A stretch of DNA of 64,000 nucleotides from Monocercomonoides exilis PA203 (taxonomy: Eukaryota; Protista; Preaxostyla), in NCBI GenBank assembly GCA_001643675.2, contig LSRY02000017.1, positions 1,054,001 through 1,118,000 on the forward strand, in the 5' to 3' direction. Below are positions 1 through 13,700 of this stretch, one piece after another. Position 1 is the stretch's first letter, and each line of letters opens with the position of its first letter. The translations under genes were made by a program, and so were the position numbers. The notes beneath the pieces were generated by a model. That model made no database searches. It saw only the letters and a list, made by a program, of their open reading frames with translations, and had not been told where the DNA came from.

Positions 1-765
1 TTTCAAAAAATTATGAATAAAAATCATATTAGTCCATATTGCAGTTTTGATGTTAAATCGAAGTGATATTCAAAAAACCAAAGTTGTAAAAGCTAAAACG
101 AGATAAAAATAAATATATATTGTTGGTTTTTTTCTTTGGCACAATATACTTCGTTCACAAAAAATTGATTTTGTCCAGCTGATTCGATCCGAATCAGAAG
201 CAGTTATTAAATTTGATAGTTAGCAAAAATATCGAAAAAAACATTAATAATAAGTTTAAAGAAAGTCTTAATACCCCAAAATGCAAATATCAAACTATAA
301 AGGACAAACAAAATATTGTCGATCGAAAGTGGTATATAACAAAATTTGAAAGTGATCAAGATTCTGATTGAGTAAAATCATATTTGACTTAATCAAATCA
401 AATTAATCCTTTCCAATTCACAATCACTCATTCTTTGCAAGTATCATAAATTGAAACGAAAAAGGTCTAATAAAAAAATAAAAACAGACAAACAGTTGAA
501 CAGCACATGAAGAAAATTAAAAATAAAAACTTTTTTCAATGTATTTATGTCTTTTTCCAATTTTTATTTCCTTTTCTTATCATTCCATTTCATTGCTTTT
601 TTTAAATTTCTTTTAAAGAGAAAGCACACATGAGTATTATTTTTATTTTTTCTCTTGGAAATTTACAACAGAAGAATTTCCTGAGGTTCAGAATAGTTAA
701 TGCTATGGGTATATTTGAAATGCTTTTTTTCTATTTATTCTAATAGGAAAAGGTAAAGTTTTTAT

Positions 766-3700
766 ATGAATGAAGAAATTGTAAGTAAAACAAATGTATT
801 AGTGATTGGCGATCATTTTGTTGGAAAAACTTCACTCATTTTGGCAATTGATGCAAAAGAATGTTCAACCATTGAAAGTGGTTTGCTATAATAAATTTCA
901 AACAATCATAAATGTCTGTTCTTTTTATGAGATTTTCTGAAAAACATCAAAGAATTTAAAAACAATTTTCTAATTTGGAAGCTATTGATTGGAAAAGAAT
1001 CAATTTTTTATTTTTACGAGAATTCCGATGAAAATTTTTCGATTTTAAGTCGGTGTGGTTATTTTATTCTTATTTTTTATGCAAAAGTCATCACTTATCG
1101 ATATTTAAGCATTCTTCCTTTCATTGATATAATTTTGTTTCTTTTTGATTTTTCGAAAAAATCTTCTTTTGATTCATTGAATCAAAAATGGTTCAGCATT
1201 CTTGAAAAATCAAAAGAGTCTTCGTGCATTTGTTTTCTGGTTGGAACAAAAACAGACTTGGCTGAAATGTGTCAAGTTTCTCTGAAAGATGTTTGTAAAT
1301 TTTTTCAATTTGTCTTTTATGAAAAAGAATATTTAGGCAATGACAATTACGAAGCAAAAAAAATTAAACTTTATTGAAGTTTCCGCTCTTGATAATTGCA
1401 ATATACCGTTGCTGAAAATCTTTTTACTGAATGCTGCCAAAACATCTGAGCTTATGAAAGAAAAAAAAGGCACCATCGAAAAAATGCTGCTTGACTCGCA
1501 AAGTAGTGAAGAATACGAAGAAGATACTGAAGACAAAGAAGTAGATGATAGTTCTGAACCGCTTGTGATTAGAAAGATTAAGAAGAAAAAGAAAAAGAAA
1601 AAGAAAAATAGAATTGCAATTGAGCAAACTCCAAAAGAATTAATCCTTGTTGAAGAAACTGAAGACAATGACAACGACAACGACGATGCAGAAGAAGAAG
1701 AAAATGAGAAAAAAGCATACAGCAATAATGATGAAAACCTTGAAAAGGAGATTTCTAAAAGACCAGTTTTCGTGACAACTGCGAAAAAAATTTCAAACAT
1801 TCAGCAAAACAAGGGAAAGAAACAAAGCTCACACAGAAATGCCAGTGATGCCAGAAGCAGTGTGCAGAAAAGTAACCAACCGGAGCAGACACAACAGATG
1901 GCAGAAGAGTCCAGTCTGAGCGATGGCTGTGAGTCAAGCGAGGAGAATTCTGAGGTGAGAAACGAGCCAACCAGCCAAATTAGCATTTTGAAGAGGAAGA
2001 ATCGAAAAGAAAGGAAAGACGAGCTCGAAGAAGCATCGCAAATGGAGCTGGAAGAAGCGTTGATCCGACTGAAAATGAATATTGAAGAGTCATTTCAGAG
2101 AAATCCAGATGTTGTAACTTACAATAACGTTGCAAAAAACAATCTTCTTCACATTCCTCAAAATAAAATGAAGGAAAAGGAAAGCAATGCTGATTTAAAG
2201 TCAGAGCAAAAGCATTTGGATGAAGAGCCAAGCCAATCTCTCGATGAAACAGAGCAAGAAAAGCTGTTCAAATCAGGTCATTTGCTTCAAGGTGATGGAA
2301 ACAGCCATCGTTCCATTGAAACTGCTTGCGATAGCAAAACAACAAAAACAGAGGAAATGCAAAGTGATAGCCAAGAAATAAGGAATATTCCCACAGCAAC
2401 AACAAGCGAAGCAATCAGAGAAAAGGTTGGCTGCTTATACGAGAAAGAAAAAGAAGATGCTGTCGATGAAAGCAAACATGACACAGAAGCATCGACTGAA
2501 GCTGAAGAAAGCAAAAACAATAGAATTGCTAAGAAACCAAAACCAAAAGCGAAAGCTAGACAGATGAAGTCAAAAGATTCATCACAAGAAGCAGATGCAG
2601 TTGAAGAAGAGCTTCAAAAAGAAGAGACAGAAAATGAAGAAGATGACAATTTATCGATAAAGCAAGCTCAAAGCTTTAAAATGAGAGCAAAACCGAAATT
2701 ATTATCAAAACAAAAGCCGAAACCCAACAAAAAGAAGCATTTAAAGAAAGGAGAGCAGTTAAACAGCGCAGACAGAAAACTTATTGAAGAAGAAAAGCAG
2801 CCAAAGAAGATGACATCTTTACCATTGCAAAAGCGCAAAAGGAAAGGAAAAAAACAAAAGTTATCAAACGACGCAGCAGAAGAAAACGAAGACACCACAG
2901 AAATTACTTACAGTTTTGAAAAGCAAAGAAATGACAAAGAGGAAGAGGATCCAGAAAATCAGGCTGAAGACGAGAAAATGGAAGAATTTGAGCTCTCAAG
3001 CGAAAGTTTTATAACATCAGATGTTTTTGCAACAGATGAGGAAAAAACAACTGAAGGAAGCAGACTTTGCTTGGATGCTGTGCTCAAAGAAGAAAAACCA
3101 TGCGAAAATGCTGAGGATTCCATTGAACCGTTCAATGATTCAGGAGAATTGAGTGAATGTGAATGCAAAGAATCAGATGATGGCAAACATGTGGGAAATG
3201 CCTGTGATGCAGAAGAGCCACAAACAGAAGAGGGAATTTTCTGTTCAAAGGAATTCGAAGCCGCTGGTGAAGACGATGATTTGTCAGTTCATTTTCAATG
3301 TGATGTGAAAGAAAGCATGAACAGCGAAAGAGAATTCGAGAAGGCACAAGAAAGCAAAGATGGCCAAGAAGCATCTGAAGAGAAAGAAGAAGAAGATGAT
3401 TTTGAGGAAGATTGCAGCTTGAAAGAAGTTAAACGAAAGAAGAAAAAGAAAAAGAAGAAGAAGAAGAAGAAGAGCCTTTTGAGCGAAAAAACAAATTGTG
3501 AAGAAGAACTGATTGGTCAAATAGTTGACAATGAAAATGACGATATTCCTGTTGAAAATGACTTGAAATCACAAGAAGAAAAAATGTTGAAAGCAAAAAA
3601 GAAGTCGAAAAAGAAGAAATTACTAAAAAAGAAAGCACGTTCCTTGAAAGAAAACGATCAGCTTTCAGAAAAAGAAGGAAAAGAGGGAAAAGAAAAGGAT

Positions 3701-6700
3701 GAAAAAGAAGAAAAAGAAGAAAAAGAAGAAAACAATTGTGATGAAAAAGAATCTCAATCTCAAATTTGCAAAGAAAGCCAATTGTCAATCGCAAAACGAA
3801 CAAGAAAAAAGAAAGCTCGCAAAAAGTCAGATTCGAATGTGATGCAGCAGCCAAATTCAGCTGATGGTCTGTTAACACAACTAAGTTCTCTGGATTTAAC
3901 CTCGACTTCTTCACAACCATCAACGCCTTCATCAGTCAGAACACAACAACAACAGCAGCAGCAGCAGCAACCTCAACAAAAAAATACTCAACCTTCTTTT
4001 TCGTCGATCAGCCCATCGTTTTTCCTGACTCCGAATCTCCGAATATCGAAGTTCAGCCGCTACCCCAACGGAGCAGTCGTTCCAGTTGTTGATGTCCCGT
4101 TGGCGTCAATCAAAAGCAGCACGCCAATTTCTTTGAGAACAAAATGCCAGCTGAGAAACTCCTCGAAATCGTTGGCATCGCAGTCGCTTGTGGCAAGCAA
4201 TTCTACCAGTGACAGCCGTTCGAGTGGATTCGCACAGCAATCATCTTCTGATTTTTCATTGGGAAATAATCAGCAAGAATGTGACATGCAAACTTCATGG
4301 CAAAGATTTGAAAAAGATCATATGCCAAATGAAGCGACAGGGAAAGATAAAACTGGAACAGAAACAAGAAAGAGCATATCTTTAAATGACTCACCTTCAT
4401 CTTCAGCATCTGCTTCTGCATCTGTGTCTTCTTCTCAATCAACAGCCATTCCATCACCTTCTGTGCTTCCTTCGTGCTTTGATTCAGCCTCCTTGTCAAC
4501 CATTCCTTCCGAATCAACAACAACTCCAACGACTCCAACAACCCCGACTCATTTTCCGAAATCATTTCACGGTTCATCTTCCTCTTCCTCTTCCTCTTCC
4601 TCTTCATATTCTAATCCAAGTTCCTCTTCCTCTCTCTCTTCATTCCGATTCAATTCATCATCATCATCACATACATCACATCCATCACATTCAACACACA
4701 CACCATACTCGCCACACACCACACCAAAGCGCTCTTCACTTCAGCAGCGCCACACAATGCCGTCGCCGACTCCTCGTCTCACAACCATCTCCTCTGAAGT
4801 CATCAGAGCATCGATCAACCATCCAACTTTGTTCCGCGAGCCAAACGAAGGATATCGTGTCTCGTCAGCTGAGACATTCAGCAAAGAAGACAGCGAGTCT
4901 TCTGTTCTGCCTTCGTCGCCTGCTTCTTCAATGCTCAGAAACACTTCATCGTCATCATCTTCATCATCATCATCTTCTTCTTCATATTCTTCTTCTTCAT
5001 TTTTTAATTCTTCTTCTTCAAATGAAACAAGCTCTTCACCCACTGGAAATCTTCTTTACAGCCCCTCACGCCTCCACAAGAGTTCCATTCAACGTTCATC
5101 GCTTTCTCCTTCAGAAGCTGCGATGGTTGCTTCTTTCTCGGAATCTCCCTCATCTCGCACACTTTCAATTGCACAGAGGACGAAAATGAGTAGAAAGGGG
5201 CATCTGCTCACTCCTGAAACTGACAGGTTTTCCTCTTTGAAGAATAAAAATGATGTCAATTCAAATAGAAATTTGCCTGTTTCATTGCAATCTCCATCAT
5301 TATCACCATCTTCCTCTTCCTCCTCTTCTCTTTCTTCTTCTCCTACTCCTCTTCCTCCTCCTCAAAATTCGTCACTTTCTTCTGAAGTGTTTCAGTCTTC
5401 GCTTCAGTCAAGTCCTCATTCCGTGCCTTTCTTCCCTCCTTCTTTCAACATCTGGCGCCCTCGTCACTCGAAGATCTCAGCGACGCTGCTTCCTCCAACA
5501 AAAGGAGAAATAGTAGAAAGGCAAAAACTGATGAACAAGAAGAAAGGGAAGGGGAAAGGGAAGGGGAATTATTCATTGAATCCAACACAAATGAGTCAAA
5601 TTGAGACTTCTTCTCTTCCCGAAGAAGGTTATAAACCGTTTCCTGAGCAATCAAGAGAAATGTTCAATGAAGAAGGCGATGATAAAGATGAAAAGGATAT
5701 TTCAGATGAAAAGACAGAGAAAAATGAAACAGAAAATTCGAATGCTCAAAAGAAAGAGGAAGAAGGGGACGAAGGTCAAGACGAAGAAAAATTTGAAGAA
5801 AAAGAAGAAAGCGAAGAAGATGAAATAAAAGAAGAAGAAAATGATAATGAAGAAAATGAAGAAAAAGAGAATGTGGAAGAAGATGGCAACGAAGACGATG
5901 AAGGTGGAGAAGAAAAAGATAAAGAAGACACTGAACAAGAGTTAGCATCAAGACCAATGCCCAGTTCTGCATCCACAAAAACGATTTTTCAACCAAACGA
6001 CACTCGAAACGCTGAAACATCACAAACACTCGAGAAACAATCAAAAATTACAGAAAGTGCAATAGCTTCTCCTTCAGCTAAGCCACAATTCTCTTTTTCT
6101 CATCTGTCACCCTCTTTGCTTCCTCCTGCTTTTCCATTCAGTCCTTCTTCTCACTCACAATCACTTCTTTCCTCTCCTTCTCGTTCTCTCTCTCCTTCTC
6201 CCTCTCTTCTTTTTTCTCCTTCTTCCTCTTCCTCTTCCTCTCTTCTTTCCTCTCCTTCCCTTGTGTTCTCTTCCGATCCGTATCCCTTTGTGCAGCCAAA
6301 GACGCGTGACGAGTGCATTGGATTTATCACCATTCAGCTGTCTGCTACGAGATCAACCACACTCCGCATCACAAAAAGCACTGACCCTGAATTCGCAGCA
6401 CATTCGGTTGCGCAGACGTGGGGGCTGAAGCAGGCGGAACAGAATGTGCTGCTCGAAAATGTGAAGTTGATTAAAAGGAGATGGAAGGAGAAGGAGAATG
6501 GACAATTGGAGTTGAAGGAGGTTGGCGAAAATGAAAATGAGAGTAAGATTGATGATAAAATCGAGGAAAGCAAAGAAAGCAGAGAAAGTAGAGAAAGCAG
6601 AGAAAGCAAAGAAAGCAGAGAAAGCAATGATGAAATGTGTGAAGATTATAAAAGCATGGCGGAAAAATCTGTTTTTTGTGAACAAAAAAGCGATTCACAA

Positions 6701-7102
6701 AGCATTGTATCTGAATTTACCAATGAAAATTCGAGTTCTTCGAAGCAGAATCAAGCTGAAGAAGGGATGAGCGATGCATTGAAGACTCTTTCTTCGAATG
6801 AGACTTCTCCAATGCCTATTCAAACACCACCATTGCCATTGTTAGCAAAGCAGTCAGACGCTTCATCAGTCAAAACTCGCACTTCTTCCTCTTCCTCCTC
6901 TTCTTCAAAAGGCGCTCTTTTTTCGCTAAGTTTGTCGCTTCCAAATGGATTGACAGAAATTGTTCATGTCAAACCAACCGACACGCCGAGGTTTCATGCA
7001 ACAAAAATTGCAGTGAAACATAAACTGACTAGCGAAGAAGAAGAGTCGATTGTATCTATCATAGATGGATATCTTGAATTGTGGGCAAATGCTTGCCTTT
7101 GA
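766..7102 (+). CDS. Giant (~2,050 aa) protein with divergent N-terminal Ras-superfamily small GTPase domain and long acidic/Lys/Ser-rich tail
   Basis: ATG 766 reads MNEEIVSKTNVLVIGDHFVGKTSLIL (P-loop). GT-AG introns 881-931 and 1291-1336 (plus a probable in-frame one ~1055-1109) join in frame to IILFLFDFSKKSSFDSLNQKWF, CFLVGTKTDL (G4) and FIEVSAL (G5), continuing into ORF 1340..7102. Confidence 0.8.
6566..6628 (+). repeat. 9-bp coding minisatellite (gaaagcaga-like, ~7 units; ESK/ESR)
   Basis: gaaagcaaa gaaagcaga gaaagtaga gaaagcaga gaaagcaaa gaaagcaga gaaagcaat. Confidence 0.9.
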
Positions 7103-7724
7103 AAATTCATGAAATATTTCTTTTCATTCAGTTATATGTTGATCTTTTTCGTTGAACTGGCTTCAGTAAGTTTTATCTGACATTATTTAAATACAAATGA
7201 ATATGAAAGCATTGCTTATGGAATGGAGTTTGCGAATTTTAAAAATGAAAGATGTTATTTTTTTGGATTAACAAGAATAAAAATACTTCTCATTTCTCCA
7301 TATTTTAAATAATTTGTTTTCATTTTTCAAAATAAGTGAATTATTTTTTGTTCTCCAAATATTATGTTTTCCTATCAAAAGCAAATAACATTCTTTGTTA
7401 TGAAGTAATTATAAAAAGTTGATAAGGAAAATTAACCTAAATGAAATTTGATAAAATAAAACTCAACAAAAGTTGTATGTGAATGACTGTCGAAAATCAA
7501 ATTCAAATAAACATCCAAAGTTGCAGTTATAATATTACTTGAAAAATTGTTAAAAAAAAATGAGTCGGAAATGTTGTCGAGCAATTATTTCTTTCTCTCA
7601 TTTTAAATGCTTCTTTCTTTAGAACATTTTATTCAAAGCTTTGGATTGAATAAATAAATGCAAATGTTTATTTTCTTTTTTGATGAAAAACACTTCATAC
7701 ATAAATTGGTATAGTTGATCATTA

Positions 7725-10700
7725 ATGGAAGGTTTTCCTTTTTTATTGCGTTATGCAAGTTTTATAAACAATTTATTTTTTAATTATATTTATATAAATG
7801 CATTTTCAATATGTTTGCAACAAATGCTTTTTACGCAGATTCATCTTGGAGCCCTGAATTTGTCACGCTACTTCGTGAGACTGGAACAAGAGAGGAACTT
7901 GTTCAACTATTTTTACAATTTCTTGGTACTCAAACAAACTTATGTAACGTATTTATCCAACATAAAAAGAAAGAACTACTTGTTACAAACCTTGCTGACG
8001 TTCTTGAAATTGATCGAGCAAAAGCACAGGCTTTAGCCGATGCAATATTTGCTTTGGAACTCACACCAACTGGAGTTGATGAAGGTGTTATATTAGTCAA
8101 GAATTTGACAACTGCACTTTGTGGATCCGATGAATCTTTGATGATACTTCATTCAATGAAATTCCTAATGTATTTTCGAGACATTTCAAAATGCGCAAAG
8201 CGAACATGCCTTGACTCAAGACCATTATATAAAGCTTTGTGCAGAAAACTTCATACGTTTTCTGTCCAAGAAAAAGAACACATGATAGGCTTACTTATGG
8301 CAGTTCATGTAAGAGTTATCCAACGTCGTATGTTTCTTCTTGTTAATATTCTTTTTTTAACATAACTTTTTTGTGATTTTTCATAATATATATATATATT
8401 TAAGAATCAAATCAGGAGTTGGCTGCGGATTGTGATATAATTCCTGTTATTATTCACCTCATTAATAAACCCACTTCACCTCTTACTATCTTAAAACCTG
8501 CTTGTCATTCACTGAATAAACTTGTCGAAAGTGATGGTTTGAAATGCTGCGTAAACGTTTAATTTTGTAAAAATTTGAACTTTCCTTTGCTTTTGTTTTT
8601 CAAAATTTATTTTTTTTTTTAAATTCCTTATTTTGTTTTTGAAATTAAAGAACAAAATCGTAGCGTAGCTCTAAGCGAAAACGGAGTGAGCGTGATGATA
8701 GCGACTTTGAGCGCTTGGATGCCAACAGAACCTTCCATTGCAAGCGATGCCATGTTTGTGATGGGGTCGCTGCTTGAAGACAACAAAAAAGCGCAACAGC
8801 AGTTTCTCAGCGGAGGAGGTGTTTTATTGGCAACACAGGCAATGCAAAAGGCAAGCGAAGAAATCAAAATGACCCAAAAAAAAGAAAGCACTAAAGAAGA
8901 CAAGAAGGAAAATGACAGCGAAAAAGAAGAAGAAGAAGCCAAAGTGACAGAGGAAAAAAGCGAGACACAATCGAATGAAACTGAAACAGATGCTCCGAAA
9001 GAAGAGGAAAAAGAAAAAGAAAGCGAAAGCGAAAACGAAAATTCCTCAGAAGAAAAAACATCAGAGGAAGAAAAAGCTGAACCTAAAACTGAAACCGAAA
9101 CTGAAACAGAAGCCAAAGAGGAAGACAAAGCCGAAACTGAAGCCGAAACTGAAGCTAAACCCGAAGACGAAAAGAAGCCTGAGGCAGCACAAGAAGAGCA
9201 ATCCGAACAAGATCTGAGCAAGTTCATTCCGAACATCGCTCTCCAGCTGCAGCGCTATCTTCTGATCTGTGCCTCGAGCTCCGTGCTGTCTTTGTTTGTG
9301 AGACAGGAAGGCGTGCTTTCCTCAGCCAACCAAACACAACTGGCAGAAATTGTGGCAAAGGCAGTCGATGTTGTGCGCCCGTTCCACCTGCCGTGTGTGG
9401 TTGAAGGAGATTTACATCCAACTTCATCATCATCATCATCATCATCCTCATCTACTGCTTCTGCTTCTGCTTCTTCCTCCTCTTCTTCTTCAACTTCTTC
9501 TGAAGCAACCACCGACGATGAGGATATTCTTGATGAAGACAGTGCGATGTCCTTCACTTTATCTGAGCGTGTGTCTCTTCAAATGCGCTGTGTCCTCTGC
9601 TTGTCTCTGCTCATCCAGCAGATCCACTCTTCCATCCTTCCGCTGCTCATCAGCCGCATCAAAGCCAACGCGTCCATTCAGCCAGGTCTCGCCATGGCGT
9701 CGCTGGAGGCGCTGCGCTTTGTGCTCTCCCCGCCAAAGACGGCTGAGGCGTATCGCTCGCTTATCCCCAGATTCATGTCTGCACTGTGGAGCGAGGGATC
9801 GAATGAGTCTGAAGGAGCTACTACTTCTTCTTCTTCATCTTCTGCGTCTGCGTCTGCTTCAAGCTCTTCCTCTCAGGAATCGTCTGCAGAAGGCAGTGAA
9901 GAGGCAGAGCAGCCGAAGAAGATTCTTCCTCTTCCGACATACGAAGCACTCTATTTGCTGTTTGTGAGAGAGAAAGGACTCGACGCCCTGTTCATGTGCC
10001 TTTCGGTCTTTGGCCTCCCATCTTCTCCTCTGTTTGATGCTGCACAATGCTTCTATCTGGATTCTTCATTGTTGACTTCATCTGCTTGCTCATCAGCATC
10101 AGCGTCTGCATCTTCTTCTTCTTCTTCTTCTGAATCATGCCATTCAGAAATATGTCTGAAAAGCAAGCGTTTCCCCACCCCCTTCCGTCCGCTGCGCCAA
10201 ATAGCAGCGATTCTGCGTGGTTTGACCACCAAGCGTGAACACGCAGCACCGATGGCTGCAACAAGAGGATGCCCCTCAAAACTTCTGATGATCCTGTCAG
10301 AAATGGCTTCGTATGTGGAAGAAGAGGAGAAAGAGAAAGAGAAAGAGAAAGAAACAGAGGAGCAAGAACAGAGCAAGTGTATTGTTCCAATCAGCTATTC
10401 GTATTTGAACTCTGCGCTGGTTGATGTCAAGCTGGCTTTGATTGCTGTCTGTTTTGTGGACGACTTCATCAGCACAGCACATTTTGTGCACGAAGGCGGA
10501 ACTGTCCCACTGGCTGGCCTGATCGAACGATGCACCAAACGCATTTGGGATCAAAGAAACAAACAGTGCAAAAAGGAATGCGAAGAAGACAAAGAAGAAG
10601 AGAAAAAAGAATGTGCCAAAGTGAAATGCGCATCAAACACCGCACTTTGTGGAGTGTTCACTATTTCCCTGCTGCATGCGCTTATTCAGCTGGGCATCAC

Positions 10701-13700
10701 AGTCACTCGCCCATCGCTGGATGATGAGACGCTGCAGACGACTGTTACAAGCTCACAGAACTTGCTCATCACAAACGGATGCGTTGATATGCTGTCAGTG
10801 CTGGTGGCTGATTTCCCAGTGTTTGCATCAGAGAACGGAAAAGATGAAGAAGAGGAAGGGAAGAAGGAGGGAACAGATGAAGCAAACAAAGAGAGTTCAG
10901 AGGCTGAGAAAACAAATGCCTCGTCATCTGCATCAGCAAAAGATGAAGAATACTATGAAGATGAGAAGGAGCTTTTGAACGAATTGCAATTTGACCCACA
11001 ATTGGAGCCATTGAACGAGATGTCTGCTGCTCTTCTGCAGCAGCTTGGGTCGAAATCGATGCCTTCGCTTATTGCAATCCTCCAGTTGCACAATAGAGAC
11101 TGCAAGGAATGCAATGAAAATGGAGAAGAGAAAAAGAAACAAGGCTCTTCAAAGTGCTCGTGCGCTGAACAAGAAACAGAAAAGGGAGAAAGCTCAGCAG
11201 AACAAGAGCAAAGCGCCTCAGAAACTGTTGATTCATTTGATGATATTGGTGTCCAGGAGCAATTTGCTTCCTTTGTGGTTCCATCGCTTCCCAGCGAGAT
11301 CCCATCTCCTTCTGAGTTGCTTCGTGCTGCTCCAATGGAAGCTCTATTGATGGTATTTCCAGGTGTCTTACACACACTCTCCACACTTCTGAGTGATGTT
11401 GTCACAAGAATCGCCTTTGTTCGCTTGGACGGTGTGAAAGTTCTGCTTTCATTGGCTGCTGCTCTGCCACCAGAACAGACACGGTTCATTCCACCTCTGC
11501 CTGTTCATCAAGCTATCGCTGGGTGGAGCACCTCGTTCTCCTCAACAGCCACACTCATCCCGTCATTCACTCCATCTTCAGCATCCGCTTCTTCATCTTC
11601 TGCGAGCTCTGGATCAGAAGCATCGTTCACTCCATCCTCAGAGAGCGCATCTTCAACGTCTGCACAGCCAAACACCAAAAAGTCCGTTGCATCAGCAGGA
11701 ACTCGCATCCACCAGCTGTGTGCCTCACTGTTCGGTCTTCTCTCTGCACAGCTGATTCCTCCGCTGGTGTCACACTTGCGCAGCCTTCCTTCCACTCAGT
11801 CATTTTTGGATGCTGTTCTCCCTCTCTTCTTCATCGCCAAGTCTGCCCAGAACAACGCTACACACTCCTCTCTGATGATCTGCGGTGTGTCGCCTGTGTT
11901 GTGCAAGGGCCTGTGTGATGTATCAGACGCCTGCTACAGGAACGCTGTCTCACTGGCTGTGCCTGCATCTGCTGATCCAGCCACTTTCATTGACAGGAAG
12001 TACTCAACATTGTCGTTTGTGTGTGACACACTTCGCTCGCTCTCTGTGTTTACTCCATCTGTTCTGGATCATCTCGAGTCACACAATGGAATCTCAGCAC
12101 TGTTCTCCTGCTTCTTGTCTCTTCCATCTCTTCCAAATGAAGATCTTTCTATTTCTTCATCCACCTTGCTTCAGATCGCCATCACCTCTGGCTCGTCCTC
12201 TCTGTCAGCCAGCGTCCAATCTGCTGCTGCATCCGCTGGAGGTGTGTCTTCACAGTTCACCACACCCGCCACCACACCAAAGTTTGGCGTTGGATTATCA
12301 CCTCGCTTGAGCGTGAGAGGTAGATCGCAGCGTTCAGGTACACAGACACCGAATTCTCCTCTTGCAGCATCTCGCAGAAGACTCTCTGTTGCGCAAAGGG
12401 CAGACATCATGCGCCTTCCACAGAGTGTGTTTGGCGGCAATGCTGAGGGACAGATGACACAGCTGATGAGCACATCACTCACATTCCCTGGCGCATCATC
12501 TGAATTGCTGACTGCTCAGCTGGCTGCGTGCCACGTGGCTGCCTTGCTTTGCCGCTTTGGCTTGCGCTTGGCGCCGTTTGTGGTGAAGGAGCTGGAAGCA
12601 GAAGAAGCGAAATTCTCACAGACAACTCAGAATGGAGCGTACTATCTGCCCAGCAAGAACTTGATCTTCCTCTGCTTGATTCTGGCTGTGAATGCACTTC
12701 CTGCAGAACCACAGAAGCACTCTTTCTTATTCCCCTTGCTGCACTTTGTGTTTGCTACCATCAACAGATGCCGAGAAATCATCAATGCGGACTGTTCTGC
12801 CTCATCTTCCGAGGAGAATGGAAAGGAAACAACGTGTAAAAGAGAAGAACCGCGCGAGATTGTTCTGCTATGCTTTGATGTTGTGCATTTCCTGTATGCA
12901 AACGAAGGTGTTGTTGATGTGCTTCAGTCTGTCTCGCTGAATGCAAATGGACCAGAAGCGCTTATTCCGTTTGCTGCTGGTGCGTTTGCGTGTGTGGATT
13001 GCAAAGCGGGAAAAGAGGAAAAAACGGAGCCAGCTGAAAAAGAACAGGAGAAGCCAAAAGAAGAGGAAAAGAAGTGCGAAGAGAAAGAATGCGAATCAGA
13101 CAAAGTGATTGAAGAGGAAAAGAAGGAGACAGAAAATGAAACTTCTGGTGAAGCATGTGAAAAAGAACCAGAACAGGAAAAAGAACAAGAAAAAGAGCCA
13201 GAGAATGAGCAAGAGAGCGAAAAGAGTCAAGCTGAAAAGGAGAAAGAAGAATGCTCTGCATCTTCATCTGCATCAGCTTCTGCTTCTGCCTCTTCTTCTG
13301 CTGCTGCTTCATCAACTTCTTCTGAATGCCGTGCGAAACCCACATTTAACTGCACCAGCTGCAACGAGCTGGTGACAAAGGCCTTTGAACTGCTCTGCTT
13401 CTTCCGCTCTTCAACTGTTGCACCTCTTCTGATGTGGATCCGCTCTCATCCTTTGGTCAGCGACGGCGTGCGTCTGAGAGAACTGGGCTGTGCTGTGCTC
13501 AACAAGATGCTCAGCATCGAAGCTGGCGAGGGAGACTTCGCTATTCGTTCTTTGTCTCCTCCACCTGCACGCAAGTACAGCAGTGCTGGTTATGGATTGG
13601 GCAGCTCCTCATTGTCTCCAGTTGGGTCGCCTTTGTCTGCTGGACGTGGATCAGAGTCGCCAATGGGCTCTCCCAACAGCATCTACCGCGGTGGATCAGC

